NCBI RefSeq assembly: GCF_964194155.1 | Contig: NC_135910.1 | Location: 16,616,001-16,680,000 of the forward strand | Length of the DNA: 64,000 bases | From: Cetorhinus maximus | Taxonomy: Eukaryota | Direction of reading: 5' to 3' | Shown here: positions 38,721 to 52,454 of the stretch, in pieces | How the letters are laid out: each line of letters begins with the position of its first letter | How positions within the stretch are numbered: position 1 is the stretch's first letter | Position numbers and translations under genes: made by a program | Notes under the pieces: model-generated | The model's input: only the letters and a program-made list of their open reading frames with translations | Database searches by the model: none | Told to the model about the DNA's origin: nothing

Positions 38721-39559
38721 GTAAATGGAATGGATTAGGCAGGAGTGGGTGAAGGGGACAGGAAGGCGAAATGACCTTAATAAATTAATTTATTATTGCA
38801 CACAAAAGGCAGGGCTTGTACAGCATGCCTAGCTGGATGTTGAGGATATTAATGCAGCCTCTGAATTTGCAGACAATGCTTAAATATGGGACTAGTGCTT
38901 GGGGTTGGGATTGGTAGAAACAGCAAGAAAATCCTCTCCCCTTGGGATCTAGCTGGCTTCCCCACACATTGCTGGGCCACAGGAGCCTTCTCCTTAGCTA
39001 GATTTCCTTCACCCTCAAGCATTCTGCTGTAACCATTTACACCTTCCACCGCTAACTCCCCCCGCCCCATTTTTCCTGTGCTGGTCTCATTATCATTCCC
39101 TTTTGCCTTGCACCATCATCTCTTGTCATCTAGTGAATAATCCTTATCACAAACCTCTTCCTTTTTGCTCCTTTTCTACCCATCCTTTCTCTGCCTCGAC
39201 GCTGTTCATCTCTACCACCTTTCAGATCTGATGAAAAGTTGTCGGTCTGAGACATCTGCTTGTCTCTCCACAAGTGCTTCCTGGCTGCAGCATTTTTCTG
39301 TTTCTTGGATGACAAGTGAAAGTTGTATTGCATTGTATTCCCTCTCCCTCAACATCAGAAGGCACTGGCTCATGCTGGGGGGTTGGTTGTCGCAAGGGTC
39401 AGCAACCTAGTTACACTGACCACCTTTGGGTTTAGAAAGCGAGTGAGGATTTCATTGCTTTGCTGTGACCGGGCTGTATTTTTTCTTCTGTGCAACTTCC
39501 AGCAGGTGTATGGGAACACCACCAATGGAATCCGAAAATGATTACAGCCTAGCTCTGCA

Positions 39560-41115
39560 ATTTTTTTGTCTTCTGTTGCTTATTCAGTGATTGAATCTGC
39601 CTCCACCATACTCAGATGGAGCATTCCAGATCCTAACTGCTCGCTGCTGGAAAGAAAAATTTTCATGTTGCCTCTGGTTTTTTTGCTATTCACCTTAAAT
39701 TGGTGCCCCCTCGTTCTCAATCATTCCACCAATGGGAACAGTTTCTTCCTATCTACTCTGGCCTCATAGTTTTGAACACTATCAAATCTCCTCTCAAACT
39801 TCTCCAAGGAAAATAGCCCCAGCTTCACCAATCTATCCATGTAACTGAAGTTTCTTTTCTGCACCCTTTCTAATGCCTTCACATTCCTCCTAAAATGTGG
39901 TACCGAGAATTGGATGCAACTTCCAATTAAGGTCAAATCAGTGTTTTCAAAAGGTTTGTAATCACCTCCATGCTTTTGTACTGTATGCATTTATTTATAA
40001 AGCCCAAGATCCCATCTGCTTTTTTAATCACTTTCTCAACCAACCCTGCCAACCTCGATTTGTGCACGTACACTCCCTGCTCCTGCATCCCCTTCAGAAT
40101 TGGATCTTTTATTTTGCCTCTCCCCCTTTCTATCAAAATGAATCACTTCATAATTCTCCTCATTAAATTTCATTGCCATGAGCCTGGTTATTCACTGGCC
40201 TAGTCCTCTCGTTTATCGTTATCTTCCTTACAGTTCACAATATGTAGCAGTTTTGTCATCTACAAATTTTGAAATTGCCTTGTATACCCAAAATCTAAAT
40301 CATTAATATAGATCAAGAAAAGCAGTGGCCCTAATACTGACCACTGGGAATTCCCACTCCATACCTCCTTCCGTTCTGAAAAACAATCATTCATCCTTTG
40401 TTTCCTGCCACTCAGCCAACTTTGTGTCTATGCTGCCCTACCTCTTTTATTCCTTGGGTTTATTTGCAGGCAAGTCTGTTAGCTGGCATTTCATCAGACA
40501 TGCCGACCAGATTATCCTCATCAACCATTTTTGACCTCATTGAAAATTCCAATCAAGTTAGTTAGACACAATTTGCCTTTAACAGATCCTCACTGGCTTT
40601 CCTAATGAAGCCACACACGTCCCAGAGACTCAATTTTATCCTGGATTATTGTTCGGAAAAGTTTTCCCACCACTGAGGTTAAACTGACTGGCCTGTAGTT
40701 GCTGAGTTTATCTGTACACTTCTTTTGGACAAGGCACCACCCCTGTATCTGGGAAGGATTGGATACTATGGCCAGTGCCTCCGCAATTGCTACCTTTACT
40801 TCGCTCAGCATTCTTGGATGCATCTCTTCTGCTCTTTGTAACTTAGATGCTTTTAGGTACAGCTAGCCTTTCTAATAACCTCTTTATGAATTTTTAGCCC
40901 ATCCAGTGTGTGAACGACCTCCTCTTATGTTATGACTTGGCAGCACCTTCCTTGGGAAAGACAGATGAAAAATATCTCGGCCATCCCTTCTGCCTCCATG
41001 CGTAGATCCCCTCTGGCCCCAAATCAGCCACCCCCTCTTGGATTCTCTCTTATGTTAGCTGCCAGTCTCTTCTCATATTCTCTTCACCTCTCACTTCCTT
41101 TTTCACTTCCCTTCT
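39560..41115 (-). mobile_element. Degenerate CR1 LINE in SRSF5-like intron 4
   Basis: MHPRMLSEV, NYRPVSLTSVVGKL, ALERVQKR, LGLFSLEK remnants. Confidence 0.8.
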
Positions 41116-41598
41116 GAACCATCTCCCAAGCCACATATCATCCTGAGTTGGAACTATATTTGCCGTTTATTCACTGCTGAGTCAAAATCCTGGAGCTTCC
41201 TCCCTAACAACACTCTGGGGGTGCCTTCACCACGGCCTGTAGCAGCCGAAGATGTGGCTCACCGCCATCTTAAGAGCAATTAGGGTTGAGCCATAAATGA
41301 TAGCCTTAGCAGCAATGCCTATACCCTCTGAATGAATTAAAAAGTGAGCAAGAGCCCTTGGCTGTCATCTCTTTTTCCCCAAATCCAGACCTGGAGACAG
41401 ACTCCAGTGCCCTTACCATCTCCTCAGTGGAGGTAGTGGATTCAACACAGACCAGAATCGAACTTGCAGCCTTCTCTTAAAATTTGGTACTTTTTGCATT
41501 TGATTGAAGATTATTGTACACTAATCTTGGTGAGGCAGCCATTGTCATATTGGCATATTTTTGCTCTCAATTAACTGTTTCCTTTTCTGAAATTTCAG

Positions 41599-41668
41599 AT
41601 ATGGACCTCCTGTTCGCACTGACTATCGTCTGATTGTGAAGAATCTCTCTTCCCGTGTTAGCTGGCAG
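41599..41668 (+). CDS. SRSF5: SRSF5-like exon 5 (70 nt)
   Basis: aatttcag|[23 protein letters not shown]|gtgggt. Confidence 0.93.
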
Positions 41669-44442
41669 GTGGGTGCTGATATTCTAATGTAAAAAGTACA
41701 TGAATTTAGCAAACTAAAAAAATATATTTGTTCTTGGATATGTGTGCTTAAAAACACATGGGTCATAACTTCATAAATATAACCCATAGTTGTGTTAACC
41801 TGCATGTGGACTCTGTCTATTTGTGTCTATGTGTAAATATATTCTATGGAAATTGGAGTAGGTCCATTGAGACTATTCTGGAATCTTGTCAGTGGTGACA
41901 GCTCTTAATATTTTTTAACCCTAGACTCTTGAATCTTGTTTCCCAAGCAATAATCTTTTTTTAAATCCTTCAATGGACTTTATATCTTTGGCTTCTGGGA
42001 TAAGTATGCTTTACGTTCTGTGAACCAGTTTGCCTGGGCAATTTTCCTGGATTTTTCAGGCAGGTGTTTGTGACGTGCACCAACAGAAGGTGAGAAATTT
42101 GCTCCAAGATCGTTGTCGACATTGTCCTTGGTCGCGTGGGTTTTGAGATGCCTGACTGTAAAACATTTCCCAAAAGGGAGTATGGATCTCAGCCCAACTC
42201 CTGCAGCTGGCTACTGATGATGTCTAATCTACCTTGCCGGCTTGTGACATGATGTGTTGAAGCAACATTGTACTGCATTACCTGTACTTTTGATTCATTA
42301 CATAACTGTGCCTGTATCTCAAATGCACTCCAGCATACAATCATCCATTCTCATAATCAATGATTCACAACATTTTGACCGCTCCCTATCTGCCAGTTGC
42401 TGTGAATAGTATTCTATATCTTGAGTTTGGGAATTTGATGAGGGACTCCTGAACTCATCTTGGTACACCAGGGTTGCAGGGCAAGTTTCAGATGAGGGCA
42501 GTTTATCCCTTAAACAAAACCTTTGCTTTTCATTTCCCTGTCCCCTCTTCATCCCTCTTTCCTCCCTTCCACCCTGCCCTGAAACTTCCCAATAATAGTT
42601 TAACTGCTTCTTGAATAACTTTAGAAAAATTTCCTCTTGTCTCAGTTAGATCTGTGCTCAGTGCTATGCACCCATACCTGCCCCATCCTTCTCACCTGTG
42701 TTGCCATGTTAACTGTTGTCTACCAGGTGGGCAGCCCATTATCAGAAAACAGCACATAGATAATACCCACACGGAATGTTGCATGATATTTCTGTTTTTG
42801 GGTTATTTTTGTGAAAATATGATCTAGGGAGGCACATCTGATTTTAATCAGCACTTTTATGATGAAATCTAATGGTATTCTGCCCAAATGTAACATGAAT
42901 AGCCATTATATTTCTGATTTAAAATATTAATGGAAACTCCAGCTTAACTGTGATGAATGTAGACTGTATGTAAATCTGATGGCTTAATATTGTTTGGAAA
43001 TTAATGACCATTTGACTAAATTTGAAAACCTTTGTTTAGCAGCTTATCGTGAGGTCATTCGCATTTTGACCAGGAGTTCCCTTTTCTCGTGTTGTCGCGT
43101 CCTGTATCTGGAAAAGGTCCCGTGTTGACTAATTTGCCAGTCGGCTCCCACGATTATTCAGGCAGCTGGACGCGGGTTCTGGGTTGTACTGATCCTAGGG
43201 TCACCGATGGCGTCGACACCTGTCGCATCCCCAGTCCTGGTGTAAGAAAAAAAAACCGTGTCGATCTCGCTTGGAGGCTTGGCAGGAGATTGACTTGTGA
43301 GGTGGCCGAGCCTTCACACAACCCATGATTATTGGTGGCACTTTACCCAGGGTGGCAGGCACATTCGGTGCCACTGAGGGAGGGCCATGTCCCAAGAAGC
43401 TGTGTCGAGAGGGTATTGTATTGAGTGGGTGCACCCTTTGCTTAGATGCATCATGTAGGGCATGGATGGTTGCCTAAAATTGTAATTGTTTGGGTAACCC
43501 AGCGCTAATTTTAAAATGTAATTGTGATATTTTTAATGTATGGAATAGGGATGTCATGATATTGTACGTAATATTAGGAGATTCTGTGCCTCCAGGGATC
43601 AACAGTCCCCCTGGATGATCATCGCATGCCTCACTGGTTTAGTGGTTACATGGATTGAGGCAAAAGGTGGCATTAATATTTATAGAACAAATTGAAGTGG
43701 TTAGCATGAATGAAACGGAGACGGGGTGCTAAATAGCGATCTCCCCTTCTACCCTTGACCAAATACAAGAGACTAAATGGGAAACGGTACACCCAGTGAT
43801 GAAGGTAGCAATAATGAAAGGGCAGTGCACTACAAACACAACAGTAGGTTTCTTTACAGACTGCTGCTCAATCAACAAGTCGGAGAAGCGATTCTTGACC
43901 CCTCCCTGTGACTGGTGAATTTTTCTAAATGATTAGAGCTGTCAGTAACCAAGTTATTTTCCTCACTTGGTTGAGCATGAATTGAAAGAAGCCTGGTGGC
44001 CGAGACAGCTGATGTGAGGAAGGTCAGTTTTGAATTTTGATCAGACTGTTACTGGAGCTTTGACACGCAAGCTTTCAGCCTGGAAGTAAAAATGCTGTTA
44101 TTAATTATCTCTGACAATCCATAATCTGTTACTTGTGCCTGTTTTTTTTTTTGGACATATTCCTTGTTCTATGGAGAATGGTTAAAAGGCAAGTTTTAGA
44201 ACTGGTTTTGTCACCAGGCAGGTGCCACTTGTTTAGACTGATGGGTAGAGCCGCTACTCTGGGTACGCTATAAGCGAGCAGTAGACACTTTTTATGCAGC
44301 TGCTCACACACTTGTAATTCACTTAGTCAAGCTAAGCCCCATAGCATGACATCCCAATTCTGAGACTGTTGTAACTGATAATATTGTGCAGTGTTTTAGG
44401 TTTCTGCCTGAATTGCATTTTAAAGGTTTTTCCTGTTTGTAG

Positions 44443-44516
44443 GATCTGAAGGACATCATGCGACAGGCTGGTGAAGTGACTTTCACCGATGCTCACAGAG
44501 TCCACAATAACGAAGG
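44443..44516 (+). CDS. SRSF5: SRSF5-like exon 6 (74 nt)
   Basis: tttgtag|DLKDIMRQAGEVTFTDAHRVHNNE(G)|gtaaga. Completes the pseudo-RRM SWQDLKD motif. Confidence 0.93.
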
Positions 44517-45394
44517 GTAAGAGGCAAAAACAATTGACATGAAACCTACATGTGTGATGTATAATGGCCCACCTGTGCATTTTCCATTTAAATTATGAAC
44601 TTGGAATCTTGACTAGCCAGAATGAGCATCTTGATAGGCATCATCACTGTTGGAATCTCCTGCTGAACACATTTAATGATGAACTTTATAGTAACATTAC
44701 AAAAACATCCAAAGGTCCAAGGAATAGACTGTCCTTGTGATGGAGGAAGAATGGGGTTGGAAGCTTAGTTCAGTCGAGGACAGAGTGGTCTCAAATATAT
44801 TGGAGACAGTGACCAGGGAGGAGAATGGAGTCAGTGATAAGAGTACAAGTTTTTGGCAAGGGCTGGAGGCAATGACGTTGATCTTCCATTGATGAGCTGC
44901 AATTTCCTCTAGTTAAGCAGAGACGGGAAGTGACAAAACCAGGCAGTGGAGAAGATGAGTGATTTGGGTGTTGTCAGTATAAATGTGGAAGCTCATCTGC
45001 CTGAAAATCCTTAGATTCTGAGGGTAACTGGGTGGGTAGAGAAGTCTTTGCTACAATGCTCTGGCCCTAGCATGCCACTTTTGACAGTGGGTAGGGCTGT
45101 TATGGTGCAGTAGAAGGATGAAACCATAATTGAAGAAATCTAAGCATGGAATTATGGGGAGAAAACAAAGCTTGAAGGGTTTTGAGGTGATTTTGGAGCA
45201 TCCCTTAACATTAAACTGTACTGGTTTAAACACGGCCTGAAGTGCTAATAAATGTATTAATGATTTTGCTGCAATTAGTGCATATAGGAAATGTTTCTCG
45301 CCCTGCCTTTGTGACAGTACTGCCTTCTCCAGTGTCTGCAAAGTTATTGCTGCTCCATCTTACTGTGCTGTTCTGTGATTTATTTTTGCTGCAG

Positions 45395-45505
45395 TATTGT
45401 GGAGTTCGCTTCATACAGTGATTTGAAAAATGCAATCGATAAACTGGATGGAAAGGAAATCAGTGGCCGGAGGGTCCAGCTGATTGAGGAGCCAAGGCGC
45501 CACAG
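45395..45505 (+). CDS. SRSF5: SRSF5-like exon 7 (111 nt)
   Basis: ttgctgcag|[36 protein letters not shown](R)|gtaatc. Confidence 0.93.
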
Positions 45506-45637
45506 GTAATCAGCAGTATGGGGACTGCAGAAACTTGTAAATTGGACTCTACTGGGCTGGGTTTGTGTTTCTAAAATGGACGTATGTGGTTTTATTTCAA
45601 TAAAAGTATGTTTGGAGTGCATGAACTGCTGCTTATT

Positions 45638-45688
45638 TGTGTGTGTGTATATATATATATATATATACTGTGTATATATATATACTGT
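45638..45688. repeat. (GT)n(AT)n microsatellite
   Basis: gtgtgtgtgtatatatatat... with a partial duplication. Confidence 0.85.
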
Positions 45689-46604
45689 AAATGGAATAGA
45701 CAGGCTGAGCCTGTAAACTGAACTGCACCTCTTTATCCCCCACAGTGAAGCTGATTTTATATTTTACCAATCAGTTGTTCCAGTGACCAGACAGCATTGC
45801 TCAGCTGTTTAATAATGCTGGGATTTCAGTGGCTGAGGAATATACCCCACATGGGCTTATTAGAACCAACTCCAAAAATGAAGACTCAAATTTAGGTCAT
45901 TCCGAGCATTGTGTTTGTGTGACCCTAAATAATTCCACAGCCCCTCTATCTCCTTCTACTTCAAATATATATTTGCTCTTCCCTCAAAAGATCCAGTGAT
46001 CACAGCCTTAATTACTCTGTGGCAAAGCAGTTCTTAATTATGTTTAAAGTTTCGGGGCTGACTCACTCGCAGTTGTAGTTGCCTCACTGTAGTATTAGGA
46101 TTACAGGATTATTTTACTGTCTTGCAAGTTTTCAGAAACATTTTTTGGGCATGTAAACACAAGTATTATGCCAACTCTGTGGCTGAGCCTTTGGTTGGCT
46201 GGTATCACTGACCATTGTGTGAGACATCTTCACTCCATGAAGACCTTACCAAACCATAGCAACAATAGAACCAACTTGCACTGATCATTCCAAGCAGTTG
46301 GGAGTAGTACAGTCTGCAATGCAGTGCTTGATCATTTTGCCCCAGCATCACTACAACAGCATTTGACCTGACATGTTATGTGGAGACTGGAGAAAGCTAA
46401 TGGAGCGATGGGGTTATGGTTCCACACTCCTTGCATATGCCCCGTCCAGAGTGTCCTTGTTATAAACTCGCTGCCTGACTTGATTTTCCTGTAGTTGTGG
46501 CATGGGTTAATTAAAGGCTAGCTTGATAACCCCTATGTAGGGAAAACCACCTAGAATGATTTGTTGTTGTTCTGTTGTTTTGACTGCCTCCTTTGCCTTT
46601 CCAG

Positions 46605-46902
46605 GTCTTGGACCCGATCTCGCTCCAGAAGCTCTTCAAGATCCCGCAGCTACAAGGGTTCGAGAAGTGCGTCGCGATCTGCAAGCCGCTCACCGAGCCG
46701 CAGCAGGTCTCGCTCCCGCAGCAGGTCACCAGCCCGCGATACCAAGCGGCAGAGGAATGAATCGCGCTCACTGAGCCGCTCGCCTGAGGTCAAACGCCGT
46801 AGGAAGCCAACCCAGTCGAGGTCGCGATCTAATTCTCCTGTTAAATCGGCCCGTTCCTGGTCCGGTTCTCGGGAGCAGTCCCCTGTCAACAGTGCAGAGT
46901 AA
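46605..46902 (+). CDS. SRSF5: SRSF5-like exon 8, RS domain and stop
   Basis: tttgcctttccag|SWTRSRSRSSSRSRS...SPVNSAE*. Total CDS 855 nt = 284 aa + stop. Confidence 0.92.
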
Positions 46903-48330
46903 CCACCGTGTTGTAGAAGTGTTTTTATAATTTGCTAAAGATTTTCTATGAAATGTTGGCCTCATTTTGAATTTTTTTTCTGTCTGATGCTGGGTTTGGG
47001 GTTTAAGTACTTCAGTTTTTATTTCACACGAACACTTTGAACCTTATGATCCCATCAAATACAGACACCTGGTTTAAGTATATCTCAGAATAATTTGAAA
47101 AGAAAGACTTGAACATCATAATTTTGTCTAGTATTGTTTTAACAGGCTGGTGGAGTCTGCTACAATAGTCTGAGAGGCTTCAGCCACTTCATGTTCTAAT
47201 AACGTGCAGCATTGATTGAAAGTTTCCTCAACTGAAGCAATCAAAACATCCATACAATTTGCATGACGAATGTGGGGTTTCAAATAAAATTTGTGCATAG
47301 GGAAGATGACAAATTTTTAAGACCCAAATTTGATTGAGTGCCCCTGTTATAGGACATTAAGTAACTGATTGAAGTTTGTAGTTTAGTGATCCAATAATTG
47401 GCCAGTCTAATGAAGTGCGGTTCATAATGATATGGGTTTGTTGAAAAGAGAATGTGCTTCCATTCATTGAGAAAACTGTTGAAATCCAAAAGTATTTTAA
47501 CTCCCAAACTAGCTGCATCTAAACCCGAATCAAGCCACTGTTTCACCAGCACAAACAACATTTAAAGCTTTGTACAAAATGCCTGAGACTGTCATCCTTT
47601 CCACAAGGGGGCGGAGGGGGTTAAAATATTACTGTTTTACAGGAAACCTTTCCAGGTTGGGTCAGTTCCTTTTCGAATTGCTACTGGTTCAGGGACAAAA
47701 TTTTAATTTTTTTTTCTTCTTTTAGTTTGATTTGTGTTTATTAAAGCAGTGGTTTAGTTCTTTTGGATTTTTGTGCAAGAGTAGCACACAGTTGCATCCT
47801 GCCTTTAGAGAACCCTGCTGTACTTGCACTTGGAATTTGCTTTTAATGTGAAGCCCCGGTTTGTGGTGCAGAGTAGTGTGGCTTTCCTAACCTGCACTAC
47901 AAGGTGTAGGAAGGCAGTTTCTGGCGGGAGGGGGCAGGTGCTGGAGTGTAGCAGGGGTCAAATGTATATATAGTTTTTGATTCACATGTGTTAATAGTTC
48001 ATACTTTATTTGGTTCATTTCACATTGTTTTAAAATATATATGAAATTATATTTAACATGACCCATTCTCTAACTAGTTGCTAGAGAACCAACCTGGAAT
48101 GTTGCTCTGCATTGGAACTGAATTTGAAGGAACAACAAACGTACATCAATTTAAATGTTTGTACTTAACAATTTTATACAGAAACTATATCGCCCAATGT
48201 TCCATGTACCTTTACTGTATCCTGCTAGTTTAGTCTATTGTGTACTACATACAGGCTGTGTATCACTATCATTCCTTGTAGCAAGAAATGGTACTGCATT
48301 AAAAATTAGTTACAAGTGTCCTATTCAGAG
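46903..48330 (+). other. Probable 3' UTR of the SRSF5-like gene
   Basis: Repeat-free, U-rich. Candidate poly(A) signals AATAAA at 47283 and ATTAAA at ~48298; true end not determinable. Confidence 0.5.
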
Positions 48331-51300
48331 TTTGCTTGTTTATTTGAAAGGAGGGGAATTTAAGAATTTCAAAATTATAAAATGGTTTCAGGATAAATGG
48401 TGAAAAATTGTGGATTCAGCACTAACCCAGATCTATCAGGACCTGCAGCATTAAACCTGTTCTGTGACCTGATATGGTAAACATTTGGCGATCTGAGGTC
48501 CATGGGCAACTGGTCTAAGAGATGGGGAGAAAAATGTGTGTTTTGAGCTGGAGCAAAGCGCAGTACTGTTCCTTCTTTCCCCACATACAGACATGTGGCT
48601 GACTTGAGACTGCTGATGCAGAGGGTCTAGAATGGAAAACTTAATTCACTGGCACTGACATTCTTCTGCTTGAGCACAGTTTAAAAGATACAATTAAGCT
48701 AAGTAGGATTTTGTTTAAATGGAATCCTATTAAAAGTCAGGCCAGAGTGTGGATTTGTTATATTATCTGTTGGGATAGCTTTAATAGAGTTAGACTTCCA
48801 CTTTTCAGACTGAAGAATTATTCAGTTTGTGTGCCAAAAACTGACTGGAAAATTGTTTATGGCTAGTTTCCAAAGCTCTTAATGGTTGCTCTGGTTATGT
48901 GTTCCATTTACAATATCATCAGATGAATATTTAAATTCCACTGCATATATCTTTAGTGTTGGCCACAAAGAATGTGCTTACTGATTAGAGGAATGAGACT
49001 GGTAAAGGTGAATGGTCAGCTCATCTGTTCAGCAATTCCTGCTTAAATTAAGGGGGTGGAGGGAAAGGCAATGTTATCACCAGACCCATCATGGAACCAC
49101 AATAATGATAATCTTGACATGCCCTAAATTATGGCATCCCCATTCCAGTGGACAGCCATGTAGGTAGGGGAAGGGCTTGTCCTTTCTCCTCAAATTTGTG
49201 AAGCATTAATTAGACCAGTAATAACATGGCCAAGGTCAACAAGTATGACTCTTGGAGGTAAGGGAGATCATTTGCTCCTGTACTGCACACTCCCCCTAAC
49301 TTTATGCATAATTGTCATAAGGACAGCTTGTGATGCTCTGCTGTTTGTGGGATTGAGTTGTCAAATGTGTGGGCTCAGATGTAGAAGGTCAAAGGCAGCG
49401 GATGTGTGGGAATGTCGTCAAAACCCTGGAGCTAGCCATTTAAACAGCACAGTGGGAGCACCTTCATGTGGATTGCAGCAGTTCAAGAAGGTTGTTCACC
49501 ACTATCTCAAGGATAACTGGGGATATGTGATTAATGCTGTGATTCTTGCATCCTGAGAATGAACTTTATAAAAAATGGATTAGGTTTCATGATTGTCTCA
49601 GCTTCCACTAAGCATATTGAGGAGCTTTACTGAAGAAAAACCAGCCTGCATTGTTAATCAAACTCTGTCCTTTGGGAAACGTCTGGCTCCATCTTGGCAA
49701 TGGCCCAGGTGCTACATTTGAATTCTGAAACTTTGCAGGAAATCACAGGCTCAGAGCTCCATTCCTGGTGCAATGTTAATGGGATCAGCCTTCATGTAAG
49801 AGTCTCAGGATTGTGATAGCTGGCCAGGAAAAGGAATCATTCATGCCTTCATTACCTCTAGACTTGATTAATCCAATACACTCCTGGCTGGCATCCCATA
49901 TTCTACCCTTTGGAAACTTGAGGTCATGCAAAACTCTGCTGCCATTGTCTTCACTCAACCCCTGTGCTCACCGACCTAAGCAAAATCTTGATTTTAAAAT
50001 TCTCATCCTGCTTCAACCCCTATCTCTGTATTTTCCTCCAGCCCCACAAGTCTCCAAAATATCTGTGCTCCTCTGATTCTGGTCTCTTGTGCATCCCTAT
50101 TTCCAATTGCTCCATCACTGGTGATTCTGCCTTCAGTTGCCTAGGTCCCAAGCTCTGAAATTTCCTCTCTTCACCTCTTGCCTCTCTACCTCACTTTCCT
50201 CCTTTAACACACTTGTTTAAAATCTACTACTTTGACCAAGCTTTTGGTCATCTGACCTTAAAATCTCCTTACGTGGTTCAATGTCACACTTTGTTTTATA
50301 ATGCTCCTGTGAAGTGCCTTGGGACATTACATTAAAGGTGCTATTGAACGACACTGGACTATATGATGATTGGTACAATTAAGGTATAATTAACTCTATA
50401 GCTTTAAAAGTTAGTCTTATTGGCATAGCTGAATTGCAACAAACTCTTCAACCATGGGTTTAGCTGTGGCCCTGGTATACCAAGTTTTCGGGAATATTTA
50501 CACAGGTGGGAATGTCCCGATTTACGACACAGCTTGTGCTATTTTCATTGCTGCCCCTCGGTTTACTCTGTTAGATGCTCTATAAATAGAAGTTGTCCAG
50601 GAGTCCATTCCATCTGTTGATCATGCATTGTGAAAAGATTTGATCCTAAAGTTAACATTTACATATGCGATCTGTTGTCCTTTTGTAAATGCATAACACT
50701 AATTACCTTTGTTATCTCTACAAGGTCATCTTGCAGGTGCTGCCTTTCCAGCCTGAAAAAAATAATTTCTCCAAACGTTTCCCCGTGATTCACTCTTGGC
50801 ATCAATCTACTGACAGATCACATACAGTTAGCGCCCCCACCCCAACCACACCAACAAGCAAGAACAAGCTTGTGTAGTTAAGAACATGACCTGACTAGGG
50901 TCTTTAGGCAGTAGACCAGAGGAAGGTCAATGGTTGTGAACTTGGATCCCAACTAAGTGCTTTCAGAGTGGGAACAGAAGGCTGACGAAGGAATTATATT
51001 TTTTAAATGCTTGTAGTTATAACATCATTGTGGGTCAGTGAGTGACCTGAAGTCTCCTGACAAGCTGGGACTGCTCTTAATTTTCACTACTCTAAGAGTT
51101 TTAACAAAGTTCATTGGTTTTGGTTTTGATAAGGTAAGGAGAAACTGATCCTCCTGCCAGTAGAAACAGTACCAGAGTTCACATTTATAATAATTGGCAA
51201 AATAACCAGGTTAAGATGGGTAATGATTTTCATGCAGTGCGTTACGATCTTGTGAGTCTTTGGAACTCTTCCTCAAAAGGCAGTGAAAGCAGCGTCTTTG

Positions 51301-52246
51301 AATATCTAGAGGTAGATAGATTCTTGATAAGCAAGGGAGTGAAAGGTTATCAGGGGTAGGCAGGAGATTACAATCAGATCCCTTATTGAATGACACGGCA
51401 GGCTCAAGTAGCCGTTGCTCCTGCTCCTCATTTGTATGGAATACACTGCCTCAAAGAGTGGAGGAAGCAGATTTAATAGCAACTTTCAAAGGGGAATTGG
51501 ATAAATACTTAAAAAGGGGAAAAAAAATGCAGCACTGTGTGGAAAGAGCGGGGGTGAGCAGGACTAATTGGATAGTTCCTTTAAAGAGCCAGATCAGGCA
51601 CATGGACTGAATGGCTTCCTTCTGTGCTATAAGGTTTTATGACAAAAGAACAGATCCAAAACAATTAAATAACTTGGAGTATTTTCAGGACCACGTTATG
51701 AAGACCGCAACCAGGATTCTCAGAATATACCTGCAAAACTGATTAAAAGAGTTTCATCGTTGTTGCAATTTCAAGGTACTAACTTTTGATAATTATAAAT
51801 TACTTTAGTTTTGCTCTTTTCAGTTGACACCAGCTGAATACTTTTGTAATTATTATGAGGTATTCATTTCTCCATTTAGTTATTTAGTGTTTATAATTGT
51901 TAGTGCAGTACTTGAAATATTCTGTGCCTGATTGACAATCTTTCCTTGTTCTATTGCCACACCCTGCTTGATTGGGTGTGATTTTGCATTTGCTGCTAAA
52001 TCCACTACATACACTTCTTCACAGTATTGTTTATTTTACCAAGGGGCTGGTATTACAATGAGATGAGCAACTCAACATTTTGATTCAGTATAAATCCTTA
52101 TTAACAAAATACATCATCTGCTACATTGCCACATCCTGAGTGGTTTTTCCCTGATAAAACTCTTGAAGTGCCCACAGATTGTTGAGAAATTTCAAGTCAT
52201 GACGATCTAGCTGCCTCCTCACATCCTGTGCTCTTTGCTGCCGTGT

Positions 52247-52454
52247 TTAGAAACTCTGTTGCTCTGTGATGATGAGGATGTGAACGCTGCGATCAAAGGA
52301 TGCAGAGATACAGAGGCCTTGCTTATCTGTATTCCAATCTAAGCTACCAATGGGTTGAGATGAGAGTGAGATGGTGTTCAGGAGCGTGGTGGCACTTGTT
52401 GAATCCTTGTCCTCTCGCTCGTGGTCAGTCTTTTTGTGCGGCATCAAAGATTCA
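52247..52454 (-). CDS. DNAAF10/WDR92-like, last exon (208 nt incl. TAA)
   Basis: ...LLNTISLSSQPIGSLDWNTDKQGLCISASFDRSVHILII resembles WDR92 [39 protein letters not shown]. Tandem acceptor CAGTAG. Confidence 0.85.

Noticed and set aside
42859-42917. Possible C/D-box snoRNA (ATGATGA...CTGA) in SRSF5-like intron 5
   Set aside because: Short, weak terminal stem, no recognisable guide complementarity.
46511-46965. Alternative-frame and antisense ORFs over the RS exon
   Set aside because: Expected artefacts of repetitive Arg/Ser codons.
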